From the NCBI GenBank assembly GCA_965287045.1, contig OZ336871.1, positions 20,212,001 through 20,276,000 of the forward strand: a stretch of 64,000 nucleotides of DNA. Direction: 5' to 3'. Made by a program: the position numbers and the translations under genes. The stretch comes from Carcharhinus amblyrhynchos (taxonomy: Eukaryota). The first letter of the stretch is position 1. The number at the start of each line of letters is the position of its first letter. Positions 34,801 through 47,140 of the stretch are shown here, in pieces. Under the pieces are notes generated by a model. That model was not told the origin of the DNA. It did no database searches and saw only the letters and a list, made by a program, of their open reading frames with translations.

Positions 34801-36609
34801 ATATTCCCTTTTATTTTGTATTCCCTATAACTTTCTGACCCCTCTGAATGTATTACCTCACTCAATGTTAAAATCCACCTGCCACTTTACCACCCACCCC
34901 ACCAACTCATCTATATCGTTTTGGAGATTAGTCCCAGATGACCATAGGATTCTCCTCTCAAATGGGAGAGTTGACTGGTGGTGATTTTAACCTGAGGATC
35001 ACCACACCTCAAGTGAGGTTGAGAAGGTGGGGCCTTCATGAATAATCTCAGCCAGTACAGGAATTGAACCCATGCTGTTGGCATCACTTTGCATCACCAA
35101 CTAGCCAACCAGCCATCCGAGCTAACTGACTCCAAGTACTGGAAAGGGTGAAGGAAATATTTATGAGAATGATGCTAGAAATATGTGATATACATATCAG
35201 AAAAGATCTCCCTAAAAAAGACTGAAAAATGACCTAATAGAGCGCTTTAAAATTCTGGAAGAATTGAATAGAGTGGGTACAGAGAGAATGTTTCCTCTTG
35301 TGGGAATGCACAGAGCAAATAGACCATCAATGTAGGGTCACCATCAAGAATTCCAATCAGGAATTCAGGAAAAACGTCTTTACTAAAGAGTGGTGAGAAT
35401 GTGAAACTTGCCACCACAGAGAATGGGAGCTCCACAAACATCTAATGGAGAAGGGAATCAAGGATTATAATGACAAATTTAAGTGAGAAAAGACAGGAGG
35501 AAGCGTAAGTGGATCACAGGCTGGTCAGGTCGAATAGTCCATCCCTGTGTCGTATATGCTACGTAATCTTTTGTAAAGTGCATGCCTTCACAGTTTAACA
35601 CATTGAAATCAGCTTGCCACAGTTTTATCCACTCACTTAATCCCTGAATCCTATTGTAACTTTTCTCCTAGCCACACAACTTGCTATTGCCTCCCATTGG
35701 TAGATTTCAGGAATGTAAGTGATTCTGGTTCTGCTGCCTCTGGTGGTCTGCATTAAGGCACAATATCACATTCTGCCAGGTTCCCATATTTACAGGAACA
35801 GAGCTGCCCAAACTCCACACTCTCTGTGTTCATCACCATATAATCACAGAGTGAAAGTACTATTTATTGAACGATTAGCTTTCCATGGAGACGCAGCAAA
35901 CAGACATTGCGGTTAGTTCCTGTTCCACAGGGTGGCAGGAGACGCCACTAACTGAGCTCTCGGTTACCCTGCTCTATGAAGCAAATCATCATCATCCCAA
36001 GCTGGTTAAAATGATGAGAATGAAATAACAAGACAAGGGGAAGTTGTTGATTAAACCTAGCAATCTCCTACAATCAGAGACAATTTGATTCCCACAATAA
36101 CCAGATGATGGGATAGGGAATAACAAGAAACATAGAAACATAGAACAGTGCAGCACAGTACAGGCCCTTCAGCCCTCGATGTTGTGCTGAGCTATGTCCG
36201 AACCCAAGATCAAGTTATCCCACTCCCTATCATTCTGGAGTGCTCCATGTGCCTATCCAACAAGCGCTTGAAAGTTCCTAAAGTGTCCGACTCCACTATT
36301 ACACCCCAACTACTCTCTGAGTAAAGAAGCTACCTCGGACATCCATCCTATATCTTCCACTATGAACCTTATAGTTATGCCCCCTAGTAACAGCTACATC
36401 CACCAGAAGATAAAGTGAAAATCCTTGGATCTAGCAAAGCATCCTTTGAGATGTCCTGAGCAATGGGTGTCAATGATAAAGATACAGAATCACAGCTGGA
36501 ATCACTATAGCAGCTGCTTCGGGCGTTGCTTTTATCACAGTTCTTCAGGAGTTCTTCTAGTTCATTCCTGGTCTAATTCAAAGTGGTCAGGCTGTGGTAG
36601 GCAGGTAAA

Positions 36610-36905
36610 AAAGTTTATTAGTGTCACAAGTAGGCTTACATTAACACTGCAATGAAGTTACTGTGAAAATCCTCTCGTCGTCACACTCCGTTGCCTGTTC
36701 GGGCACACTGAGGGAGAATTTAGCGTGGCCGATGCAGCTAACCAGCACGTCTTTCAGACTATGGGGGGAAACAGGAGCACCCGGAGGAAACCCACGCAGA
36801 CACGGGGAAAATGCGCAAACTCCACACAGACCGTGGCCCAAGTTGGGAATGGAACCCAGGTCCCTGATGCTATGAGGCAGCAGCACTAACAACTGCGACA
36901 CCATG
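36610..36905 (-). mobile_element. V-SINE variant with an alternative 3' tail (...tgtaagcctacttgtgacactaataaa)
   Basis: Same head and core as the HE1-like SINE but a different tail. Copies at about 11500, 47425, 47950, 56680 and 62028. Confidence 0.8.
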
Positions 36906-37925
36906 CTTAGAGAATCTGGTCAGTAAAAATAAGAAAAACTGATTGTAGGACATCCCAAAGGATGCTCACTAGAGTCAGTGAACGACTCTGTCAGGGCCTC
37001 AATATGAAACAGCTTGCCTTATGATTTGTTCATATACTGTTTAATTTTTTATTTTATTCAGTAGTGTCACAAGTAGGCTTACATTAACACTGCAATGAAG
37101 TTACTGTGAAAGCTTGACTGTGGGAGATTGACAGCTTGCTGGAACTAATCAAGGATTTCTCCAATTCTTTATCTTCAGCCCTGTTTGTCTGGATGTTATG
37201 GGAGATTGAGAACTTTTACCTCCAATAAAGGACTCCTTGGCCTTTTGGAAAAAGCACCTTGGGATAAGTAAAATACCTAAATAAGCAGGGAGAGGTGTTG
37301 GGAAGACAATGGGCTTGACTGTGCTACAGAGGCGGGGCTCATTACAAGCTGGGCGAGCTGTAGATTTCACTCTGCAGGGTGGGTCTGCTAGTTGCCTGAA
37401 ACTTAACCGCCCTCTGTGATTTTTCTAGAGGCAGAATCTTGGCAAGGGAAGAGTTACCTTCAGGCAGGATAGCAAATTTACCAGGGACACGCGGGCCCCA
37501 CATTGCGTCAGCACCTCATCCAAATAGGGGCGATGAGGTAACTGCTTAGCAGGAGCCCCAAGACTGCAGAAGCAGGTGCTAAAAAACTCTGTGTTAAAGT
37601 CAGAATCAACAACACCCACACTCACTTGCCACGGTTCACTTCCCCCTCATGCTGCTGCGCTGAAGTGAAGGTCTCAGCGACCTGCTGCTTTGCGTTTTTA
37701 TCAGCAGCCCAGGGATCGGAATGTCGGGCTCCTGATCGGAATGTGCAGCTCCTGATTAAATTAAATTGAAAGGAGCGACATGGCAATCTGACTGGGATCC
37801 TGGCAATCCAATCTGTGAACACTTTGATTTGGATGTTGTGATGTGGAGATGCTGGTGTTGGACTGGGGTGGACAGGAAGAGAGGTTACATGATGCCAGGT
37901 CATAGTCCAACGGGTTAATTTAAAA

Positions 37926-37962
37926 TCACAAGCTTTCAGAGCGCTGCTCCTTCATCAGGTGA
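37926..37962 (-). ncRNA. Minimal hammerhead ribozyme motif in a Penelope-like element (about 37838-38045, continuing 41221-41395)
   Basis: Minus strand reads TCAC-CTGATGA-A-GGAGC AGC GCTCT-GAAA-GCTT-GTGA: intact core with a 4-bp stem I. Confidence 0.75.
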
Positions 37963-38045
37963 GATGTAGCGTGGCACGCAGGCACAGAATATACAGGCAG
38001 AGTGACGAAAGCCCGACACCCACAGATAACCAAGAGTATCAGCAG

Positions 38046-41000
38046 ATAAGAACATAAGAACATAAGAAATAGGAGCAGGAGTAGGCCATCCAGCCCTTCG
38101 AGCCTGCCCCGCCATTCAATAAGATCATGGCTGATCTGACGTGGCTCAGTTCCACATTCCCGCCCTCTCCCCATAACCCTTAATCCCCTCTCTTATCAAA
38201 AACCCATCAACCCGCGTCTTAAAAATATTTAGCGAGGCAGCCTCCACCACTTCAACGGGCAGAGAATTCCAGAGATTCACCACCCTTTGAGTGAAGAAGT
38301 TCCTCCTCAACTCCGTTCTAAAACGCCCCCCCCTTTATCTTGAGGCTGTGCCCCCTAGTCCTAGTGTCTTTTTTGAGCGGGAAGAGTCTCTCCACCTCTA
38401 TCCTATCCATCCCATTCATCATCTTATACGTCTCAATGAGATCTCCCCTCATTCTTCTAAACTCTAATGAGTACAAGCCTAGTTTATTCAGCCTCTCCTC
38501 ATAGCTCAACCCCCTCAACTCCGGTATCAGCCTAGTAAACCTCCTCTGCACTCCCTCCAAGGCCAAAATATCTTTGCGCAGGTGCGGCGCCCAAAACTGC
38601 ACACAGTACTCCAGCTGCGGCCTCACCAATGCCCTATACAGCTGCAGCAAGACCTCCCTACTTTTATATTCAATCCCCCTCGCTATGAAGGCCAGCATCC
38701 CATTCGCCTTCCTGACCACCTGCTGCACCTGCAAGCTGGGTTTTTGCGACTCATGCACAAGGACCCCGAGGTCCCTCTGCACCGTCACCTGCTGCAGTTT
38801 TTCGCCCCGTAAGTAATAGTCCTTCCTACCATTCTTCCTACCAAAGTGGACCACCTCACACTTGCCAACATTAAATTCCATTTGCCATTTCCTGGCCCAT
38901 TCGCCCAGCCTATCTAGATCCTTCTGCAGACTCTCCACACCCTCCGCACAATTTGCCGTTCCCCCAATCTTGGTGTCACCAGCAAATTTCGATACCCTAC
39001 ACTCGGTTCCCTCCTCCAGATCATCTATATAAATGGTAAAAAGCTGAGGCCCCAGCACCGACCCCTGGGGCACTCCACTAGTCACCATCCGCCAATCCGA
39101 ATAGCACCCGTTGACCCCCACTCTCTGCCTCCTATTTGACAACCAATCCTCTATCCACGCTAACACCCTACCCCCAACTCCATGTCCCTCGACCTTCTGC
39201 AATAACCTCTTGTGAGGTACTTTGTCAAACGCCTTCTGAAAATCTAGAAAGACCACATCCACCGGCTCTCCTCTATCCACTGCCCTAGACACATCCTCAT
39301 AGAACTCCAGTAAATTTATCAGACACGACTTCTCTTTAATGAAACCGTGCTGCGTCTGCTCTATCAAGCAATTCCCTTCAAGGTGCCTTGCAATTTCCTC
39401 CTTAATGACAGATTCTAACATTTTACCTACCACAGACGTTAAACTAACCGGCCTATAATTCCCCGCCTTTTGCCTGGCACCCTTCTTAAACAACGGCGTA
39501 ACATTAGCCGTTTTCCAATCATCCGGCACTTCCCCGGAATCCAGCGACGTCTGGAAAATAACCACCAAGGCATCCACTATCACCTCCGCCATTTCTTTCA
39601 GAACCCTCGGATGCATTCCATCCGGTCCTGGGGACTTGTCCACAATCAGCCCCTCCAGTCTGTCGAGCACTGCCTCTCTAGTAACAGTAATGTCATTAAG
39701 ACCCTCTAGTCCTACCACCTTTCCATCGCTAACACCCGGCAAATTATTCACGTCCTCCTCCGTGAAGACAGAAACAAAAAAGTTATTCAATACCTTAGCC
39801 ATATCCCCATCCCCTACCACTAGGTCCCCTTTCTCATCCTCTAAAGGACCAACGTTCACCCTAGCCAGCCTCTTCCTTTTTATATATTTAGAAAAACTCT
39901 TGCTATCCTTTTTTATATTAAGCGCTAGCCCAGCTTCATAGTTTCTCCTACCCTTCTTTATCAACTTCTTTGTCAATCTTCGTTGACATTTAAACCTCTC
40001 CCAATCCTCTTCTCGCCCACTACTCTTAGCTACTCTAAATTCCTCCACTTTTAATTTAACACTTTCCTTCACCTCCTTCGTTATCCACGGCTTATTACCT
40101 CTCCTCCTACGGTCCTTTTTGACCATCGGATTAAATTTCCGCTGAGCACCAAGAAAGATCTCCTTAAAGATCCTCCACTGCTCCTCAGCAGACCCTCCCT
40201 CCAACGCGTTCCCCCAGTCCACATTCGCCAATTCTTCTCTCATCCTACCGTACTCCCCTCTATTCAAACAAAGTACGCGTGTCCGGGAACCCACTTTCTC
40301 CTCCTCCATCTGCACCAGAAACTCCACCATACAATGATCACTCTCCCCAAGAGGATCCTTCACCGCAAGGTCCCTAATTCTACCCGCCTCATTACATAGC
40401 ACCAGATCCAAGATAGCTCGCTCCCTCGTCGGCTCCAACACACACTGTTCGAGGAAACTACCCCGGCAGCATTCCAAGAACTCCTCCTTGAGCCCTCCGC
40501 GTCCAACATGGGTCGACCAATCAATATGCAGATTGAAATCCCCCATAGCTACGGCCGTCCCATTCCTGCACGCCGCACTTATTTGCGCGTTAACAACCCG
40601 CCCCATCTCCAGATCATTATTCGGGGGCCTATAGAACGACACCCACCAGCGTCTTCCTCCCTTTGCTGTTCCTAATCTCCACCCACAACGATTCCACCCT
40701 CTGCTCCTTGGCTCCAATATCATCCCTTGCTACCACCGTGATGCTATCCTTAATCAGCAGAGCTACGCACCCCCCTTTTCCCTCCTGCCTATCCTTCCTA
40801 AACACTTGATAGCCCTGTACATTCAGCTCCCAGTCCCTGTCACCCTGCAGCCACGTCTCTGTAATGGCCACCAGATCGTATTCATTTGTGTCGATCTGCG
40901 CCACCAGCTCATCCACTTTATTCCGAATGCTTCGTGCATTCAGATAAAGCACTTTCATCCCAGCCTTCACCTGGACCCTATTTGCCAGAACGCCACCAAC

Positions 41001-41220
41001 CATACTCACGCCCCCTACTCCCTCTATTATTGGGACATCCTCGGCCTCTTCCCTTACCTGTACCCTCTCCTTAACTTTAGACCTCGTAACATCACCTACC
41101 CTCGCACCCTCCCCCCCCCTAATTAGTTTAAAGCCCTGCCTACTGTCCTCTTTACTCGATTCGCCAGCACTCTGGTCCCAGCACGGTTCAGACCAACCCC
41201 ATCCCAGTGTAGGCCAGCTA
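38046..41220 (-). mobile_element. CR1 LINE, ~3.2 kb, near-complete ORF2 (APE endonuclease + RT), disabled
   Basis: ORF 40629..41228 (YLNARS, ITETWL) and ORF 38318..40723 (YRPP, GDFN, SDH, SGVPQGSVLGP, FAGDTK). Frameshifts near 40635 and 38325. Confidence 0.95.
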
Positions 41221-42429
41221 AATAACAAGTCTTTTACAGGTAATCATGAGTGCTAATAGATAAATGCAAACAGTTAAGTATAATTAGTATGTGTAAAGTG
41301 TGGACAGGCTCTATGACAAGTGAAGAGATGACCTGTGCTTACCGATAATTTAAGGCAGAGAGAGATAAATACAAATAATTGAAGAGTACAAACTGGATAA
41401 AAGCAAATTACTGTGAATGCTGGAATCTGAAACCAAAAGAGAAAATGCTGGAAAATCTCAGCAGGCCTGGCAGCACCTGCAAGGAGAGAAAAGAGCTGAT
41501 GTTGCGAGTCCAGATGACCCTTGGGTCAAAGCTAAAAGGCATAGAAAGTGGGAGATATTTACACTGCAGGGGGAGGGAATGAAAGATGAGTCATAGCACC
41601 AAAAACAAGGGGAAAGGCTAAGAGATGCTAAAGGGCCATTCACACCTTCTATTCTCTCTATGGACTGCCATTCAATCAATCCGTATTATTCAATTTTCAC
41701 TCAATCATTCTCTCCCATCACTTAGTCACAGCAAAGAAAATGCAAAAGGTTCAATCAGCTGTGAGCTTGATGGATGGCTTCCAATCTCAACCTCCTGTCC
41801 TCTCTTTAATCTGAAACGCTCTGTCCTTGTCAGGAGTTTTTGATTGCTGACCACCCCTTCAATCTGCAATATGCTGCCTCCCACTATCTGTCATAGAACC
41901 CCTGCAGTGCAGAAAGAAGCCATTCTGCCCACTGAGTCTGCACTGACTTTCCAAAACAGCATCTTACCCCTGCCCTATCCTGGTAATAGCAGGCATTTAC
42001 CCTGCTAAACCTACACATTTTAGGACACTAAGGGGCAATTTAGCATGGCCAATCCACCTAACCTGCACAACTTTGGGCTGGGAGAGGAAACCGGAGCATC
42101 TGGATAAAACCCACACAGACACGGGGAGAACATGCAGACTCCACACGGACAGTCACGCAAGGCCGGAATCGAACCAGGTCCCTGGTACTGTGAGGCAGTT
42201 GTGCCACCCTCCAGTCCTCTGAGACCTCCCCTGTACCAGTGAGGATACAAAGATTTCTCTCAAGGCTGCAGCAATTCCCGCTCTTGCCTCTCTCGTATTC
42301 TGGGGAAGAGCCTATCAGGCCCTGGAGACTTGTCTACCTTGATGTCTCTCAAGAACCACAATACCTCCTCCTTTTTGATCTCAACATGACTCAAACTATC
42401 TGCACATCCTTTCCCATCATCAACCAAGA

Positions 42430-42975
42430 CCTCATCATCCACCAAGCCACATTACCAGAAGGATGTGGAGGCTTTGGAGAGAGTCCAGAAAAGATTTACC
42501 AAGATGTTGCCTGGTATGGAGGGCACTAACTATGAGAAGAGCTTGGAGAAACTCAACTTGTTCTCACTGGAGTGACGGAGGTTGAGGTGAGAGCTGATAG
42601 AAGTCTACACAAGATTATGAGAGGCATAGCCAGAGTGGATAGGCAAAAGCTCTTTCCCAGGGTGGAAGAGTCAATTACTAGGGAGCATAGGTTTAAGGTG
42701 CGAGGGGCAAGTTTTAAAAAAGATATACGAGGCTGATTTTTTACACAGAGTGATGGGTGCCTGGAACTCGTTGCTGGGGGAGGTAGTGGAAGCAGATATG
42801 GTAGTGACTTTTAAGGGGTGTCTTGACAAGTACATGAATGAGATGGGAATAAAGGGATATGGTCCCTGGAAGCATAGGGGGTTTTAGTTTAGTTAAGTAG
42901 CATGGCCGGTGCAGACTTGGAGGGCCAAAGGGCCTGTTCCTGTGCTGTAATTTCCTTTGTTCTTTGTTCTTTTGT
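42430..42975 (+). mobile_element. Older CR1 3' fragment
   Basis: Decayed ERVQKRFT...TRGHRFK...WNSL-like coding and a (ttctttg)n tail. Confidence 0.75.
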
Positions 42976-43659
42976 GTCCTGGATTGGTGCCACCCCAACC
43001 TACGTCAGCTGTGGTTCACCACTAGACCCTACCTATTCAGGAATGCATGGGAAAGTTCTCTTCTCAAAGGTGACCAACTTGCACAATTTAAAGCAGTGCT
43101 GTTATTTCCCTCCTTCCCCAAGGGGCTGATTTTGGGTGTGGGCTCATCATGATGCTGACAACTGCCAGAACGTAAGCTGCAGCGTGGGTTAACCACAGTG
43201 TCATCTGTCTTTGTGAACCTGAACTAATACAGGCCGGGACAGGCCTCAACATGGTCTCCGTTCTTGCGTCATTGGTAGTTTCACAGGATCCTTAGAGTGC
43301 AGAGAGAGGCCATTCAGTCCATCGAGTCTGCACCGACAATAATCCCACCCAGACCTCATGTCCCACCCTTCTAGTCCCCCTGACACTAAGGGACAATTTA
43401 GTATAGCCAATCAACCTAATCCGCACACCTTTGGAGTGTGGGAGGAAACTGGAGCATCCAGAGAAAACACAGATAGGCAGGGGGAGAATGTACAAACTCC
43501 ACATGGAGAGTGACCCAAGGCCGGAATTGAATTGGGGTCCCTGTCGCCGTGAGGTAGCAGTGCTAACCACTGTGCCTCTTGATCTTTGTGAGTTGGCCTT
43601 GGTTTTTTTTGCAACAGCGTACGATTACCAAAGGACTGTGATCTGGGTAGTTTTACCTG

Positions 43660-46320
43660 GGCCTGCTCCAGCAGCGAGTGCTTTCATTTGTAGAAGGTCG
43701 GACTGAGTTGGAGATGCTCAAAGACTTGCTTTTCCATTATTGGTTGAGCTCTCTGGCCTCTGGACTTGCTGTGGATGCCACCTCGCATGGCTATTTGCCT
43801 TGCTGCTGCCACCCTCCCTCACTACTAACCATACTCAAGCCATTTTCCTTGGCCTCCTGGTTCACTGCTGCCACTTTTCGTGGGCTTCTGATGAGATGCT
43901 TCCTCTGCTCTTGGCCTCCTGCCTCTCTTGTGCTGGTCTCGTTGACCATTGCCGCTCTCAGGCCTCATTGTTATCCCAAGTCAAGAAGCTAAAGGGCACC
44001 CAACTGAGTCCAGACTGACGCAAAAACTTGTGTCCTATTATTCTGCACAGCTTTGTGTATTGCACCCAGTATACATTTGCCAGCCTGGAAAGGAGTCACA
44101 GGTTTCAGGCAGGCCAGAGGCTATGCGGACCTCAGTCTGAAATCAGAGAAGGGAGTGCAGGAGAGCAGCGGGCATGCAGCAGGAACTATCATTGGGAACA
44201 TGGTGTGCCCCAACCACAGGGAAGGCCCAGGGCTTCAAAGGAAAAATACACAGCTTGGTGTCAGGGCTGTCCTACAGTCAATGTACCTGGGTGTGGCGGG
44301 CTCTGTACTGAGCAGAAGAGGGCATGGTGATGGTCACAATGGTTATCCACAACCTCTACATGCGGAACACAATACAGGGAGATTATTTAAACCTCTTGTG
44401 GAAGAGGGGTAATGCTGTAAATGCGTTCACACCCTCCAGATGGGGTGGGTACAGGTCCACATGAGGCATGGGCACCCACAGTTGATGATTCATGAGGGAG
44501 TGTGTTAATGTCCACCACCACAATGATGGGATCTGGTAAATATGGGGAAGGCTGGAAAATAGTAAGTGGCATCGTGAGGCTCAGGTAAACTGGAAGCACA
44601 TAGCCAATGAGGGAGGGTCGGAATCCGCCCTGTGATAAAGATGCAGCACCACAGCCTCAACACAGCCTCGAGTAAAATGGTATCTTCCAAATTCGAAAGT
44701 AAGACTGGTTCTATCTAAGAGGGGTACCACCCACATGCTCCCTCATAGCACAGGCTATCGTACTGCTGAAGATGTGATCCAGGTGCCTGGACCAACTGCT
44801 GCAGGGCCATGTCTGTGAGGTGTTGTCTCAAAAGTGACCCCAAGTCTAACCTTGAACTACGTCCCACCGAGAAATGTGCCTCTGCTGAGGGAGGGTGTAG
44901 GTAAATGTTGTGATTGTTTATCCTGAGCCCCCTCATCCTCAGATGTTCTTTGGGGAATTGCTAGGCTGACTAGCTGGCCAGCTGGTATCTACAAAAAGAC
45001 ATGGCGGCACAGTGGTTAGCACTGCTGCCTCAAGTGCCAGGGACCTTGGTTTGATTCCCGGCTTAGGTCATTGTCTGTGTGGAGTTTGCGTGTTCTCCTC
45101 ATGTCTGTGTGGGTTTCCTCCACGTGTTCCGGTTTCCTCCCACAGTCCAGGGACGTGAGGGTTAGATAGATTGGCCACGCGCAATTGTCCCTAATGTCAG
45201 GACATTAGCAGGGTAAATATCTGGGGTTATGGGAATAGGGCCAGAGTAGGATTGTGGTCAATGCAGACTCGATGGGCTGAATGGTCTCCCTCTGCACTGT
45301 AGGATTCTAGGATTCTATAACAGTTTCAGTGGATGAGTTGAGAATAATCCAGTGTGCTTTGCACTCACTGTGAGTTGTAGGACTGGGTGATGGAGTTGAG
45401 ATCCAAATTGATTGTTGTGAGAGACCAAACTCTGCGTTGCCACATGATCGATTATAGTTCTTGCCAGCAAGCTTGCAGCAGCCTCCTCAAACTAGGTGAA
45501 AGTGAATATATCTGCCATCCCTCTCCTGACCTGGGCTCAGTCTGGCTTGTGGTGAGCAAGTTTGACATATATGAAGTCAAAGGAAAGAGATATGATGGGA
45601 GGGAATGGGGCAAAGGTTGGGTGAGATGCATGTGGTGAGCTCCCCTCATAGGGGACAGAGATTGGAACTCGAGCAACAAGACAGATGGGATGGTGGTGTT
45701 GTGAAAGTCTTGTTGAGAGAGTGAGTGTTAAAATATGTGTCTTCTGACACTGAATGTGTGAGATTCATGAAGAGGGAAACAGTTTGAGCACATGATGCCA
45801 TGCTGAGAGTTTGACAGTGGAGGAAGCTGAGAGGGGACTTACCCTGGCGGAGTGGATGGGATCATTCTTCCGCTTTCTGCACTAGATGGCACTTTGAGGG
45901 CGAGTGGCAGCCACGCTGACCTACTGGGCAATGGCCTCCCAGACCAGAGAGGTACAGTTTGTGTGCTTCTTTGTACTACTCCTGGACTTTGCTAGTACGC
46001 TCACAGGAAGCTGAATAAGGGCCGTTAGATGGTCAAAGCTGCCTTCTGAATAATTGAGATCCTGCATGACCTGGTGAAGGAATGTGGGGCTTGAGAGAGT
46101 GATATGAGCATGCTGGACTGGTGTTTAAATATGGCACCAGGATCTTAGAACACATCAGCTGGAATTGGGCAGACGAACCAGCTGCCAGCCTGCCAGGAGG
46201 GGAAGTCACCTGCACATAAATAATGAGGTTCCGAGCACAGAAGCTGCCATGGGAACCTGTCATTCTGGCCAATGGGAAAGGAGTCAGCTGAACCGCCCCA
46301 ATGCTGCACCCTTGTCTCAA
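43660..46320 (-). mobile_element. PIF/Harbinger DNA transposon remnant including a Myb/SANT-like exon (45843-45944)
   Basis: Minus strand translates VWEAIAQ*VSVAATRPQSAI*CRKRKNDPIHSAR followed by |gtaag, a Myb/SANT (trihelix) signature. Element boundaries approximate. Confidence 0.55.
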
Positions 46321-46488
46321 AATGGGAGATTTCCACCTCTACCAAATCTCCTCTCAAACTTCTCTTTTTGAAGGAGCACAAACCCAGCTTCTCTAAACTC
46401 GCCATGAAATCCAGCGTTCCTCTGAGCATTCTCATAGCTCTTTTCTGCACCCTCTGTAAGATCTTCACATCTTGTCTAAGTTTTGGTG

Positions 46489-47140
46489 AAAAGTCTGACA
46501 ACACCAGGTTTTAGTCCAACCTATTTATTTGATAATATACTCGCAAGCTTTCGGGTTAGCCCCTTCGTCAGGTGAATGGAGAGTTCTGGCCTCAGACAGA
46601 GCATATAAAGCACAGACAGTTTAGAGATTACTGATTAGAATGCGAATCCTTACACCTAACCTGCTGTTCAAGACCTGAAGTGGCTGATAATGTGAGTGGA
46701 AGGAGCACTGATCACAGGTTACAGGGATGTGTATTGTCTCCAGACAGTACAGTAAGTGAGGTTTTGCAAACCCAGGCAAGTCACGGGGGTTACAGATAGT
46801 GCGACATGAACCCAAGATCCCTGTTGAGTCACTTACTGTACTGTCTGGAGACAATACACATCTCTTTAACCTGTGATCAGTGCTCCTTCCACTCACATTA
46901 TCAGCCACTTCAGGTCTTGAACAGCAGGTTAGGTGTAAGGATTCGCATTCTAATCAGTAATCTCTAAACTGTCTGTGCTTTATATGCTCTGTCTGAGGCC
47001 AGAACTCTCCATTCACCTGACGAAGGGGCTAACCCGAAAGCTTGCGAGTATATTATCAAATAAATAGGTTGGACTAAAACCTGGTGTTGTCAGACTTTTT
47101 ACTGTGTTTACACCAGTCCAACGCCGGCATACCCACATCA
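46489..47140 (+). mobile_element. Penelope-like element forming a 271-bp-arm palindrome with 12-bp TSD, inserted in an old CR1 fragment (about 46325-47420)
   Basis: Arms 46489-46759 and 46829-47099 differ at 2 positions by eye. TSD taagttttggtg at 46477-46488 and 47141-47152. Hammerhead core ctgacga...gaaagctt at 47017-47043. Confidence 0.85.

Noticed and set aside
45002-45075. tRNA-like A/B boxes
   Set aside because: These are SINE heads, always followed by the V-SINE core; not tRNA genes.
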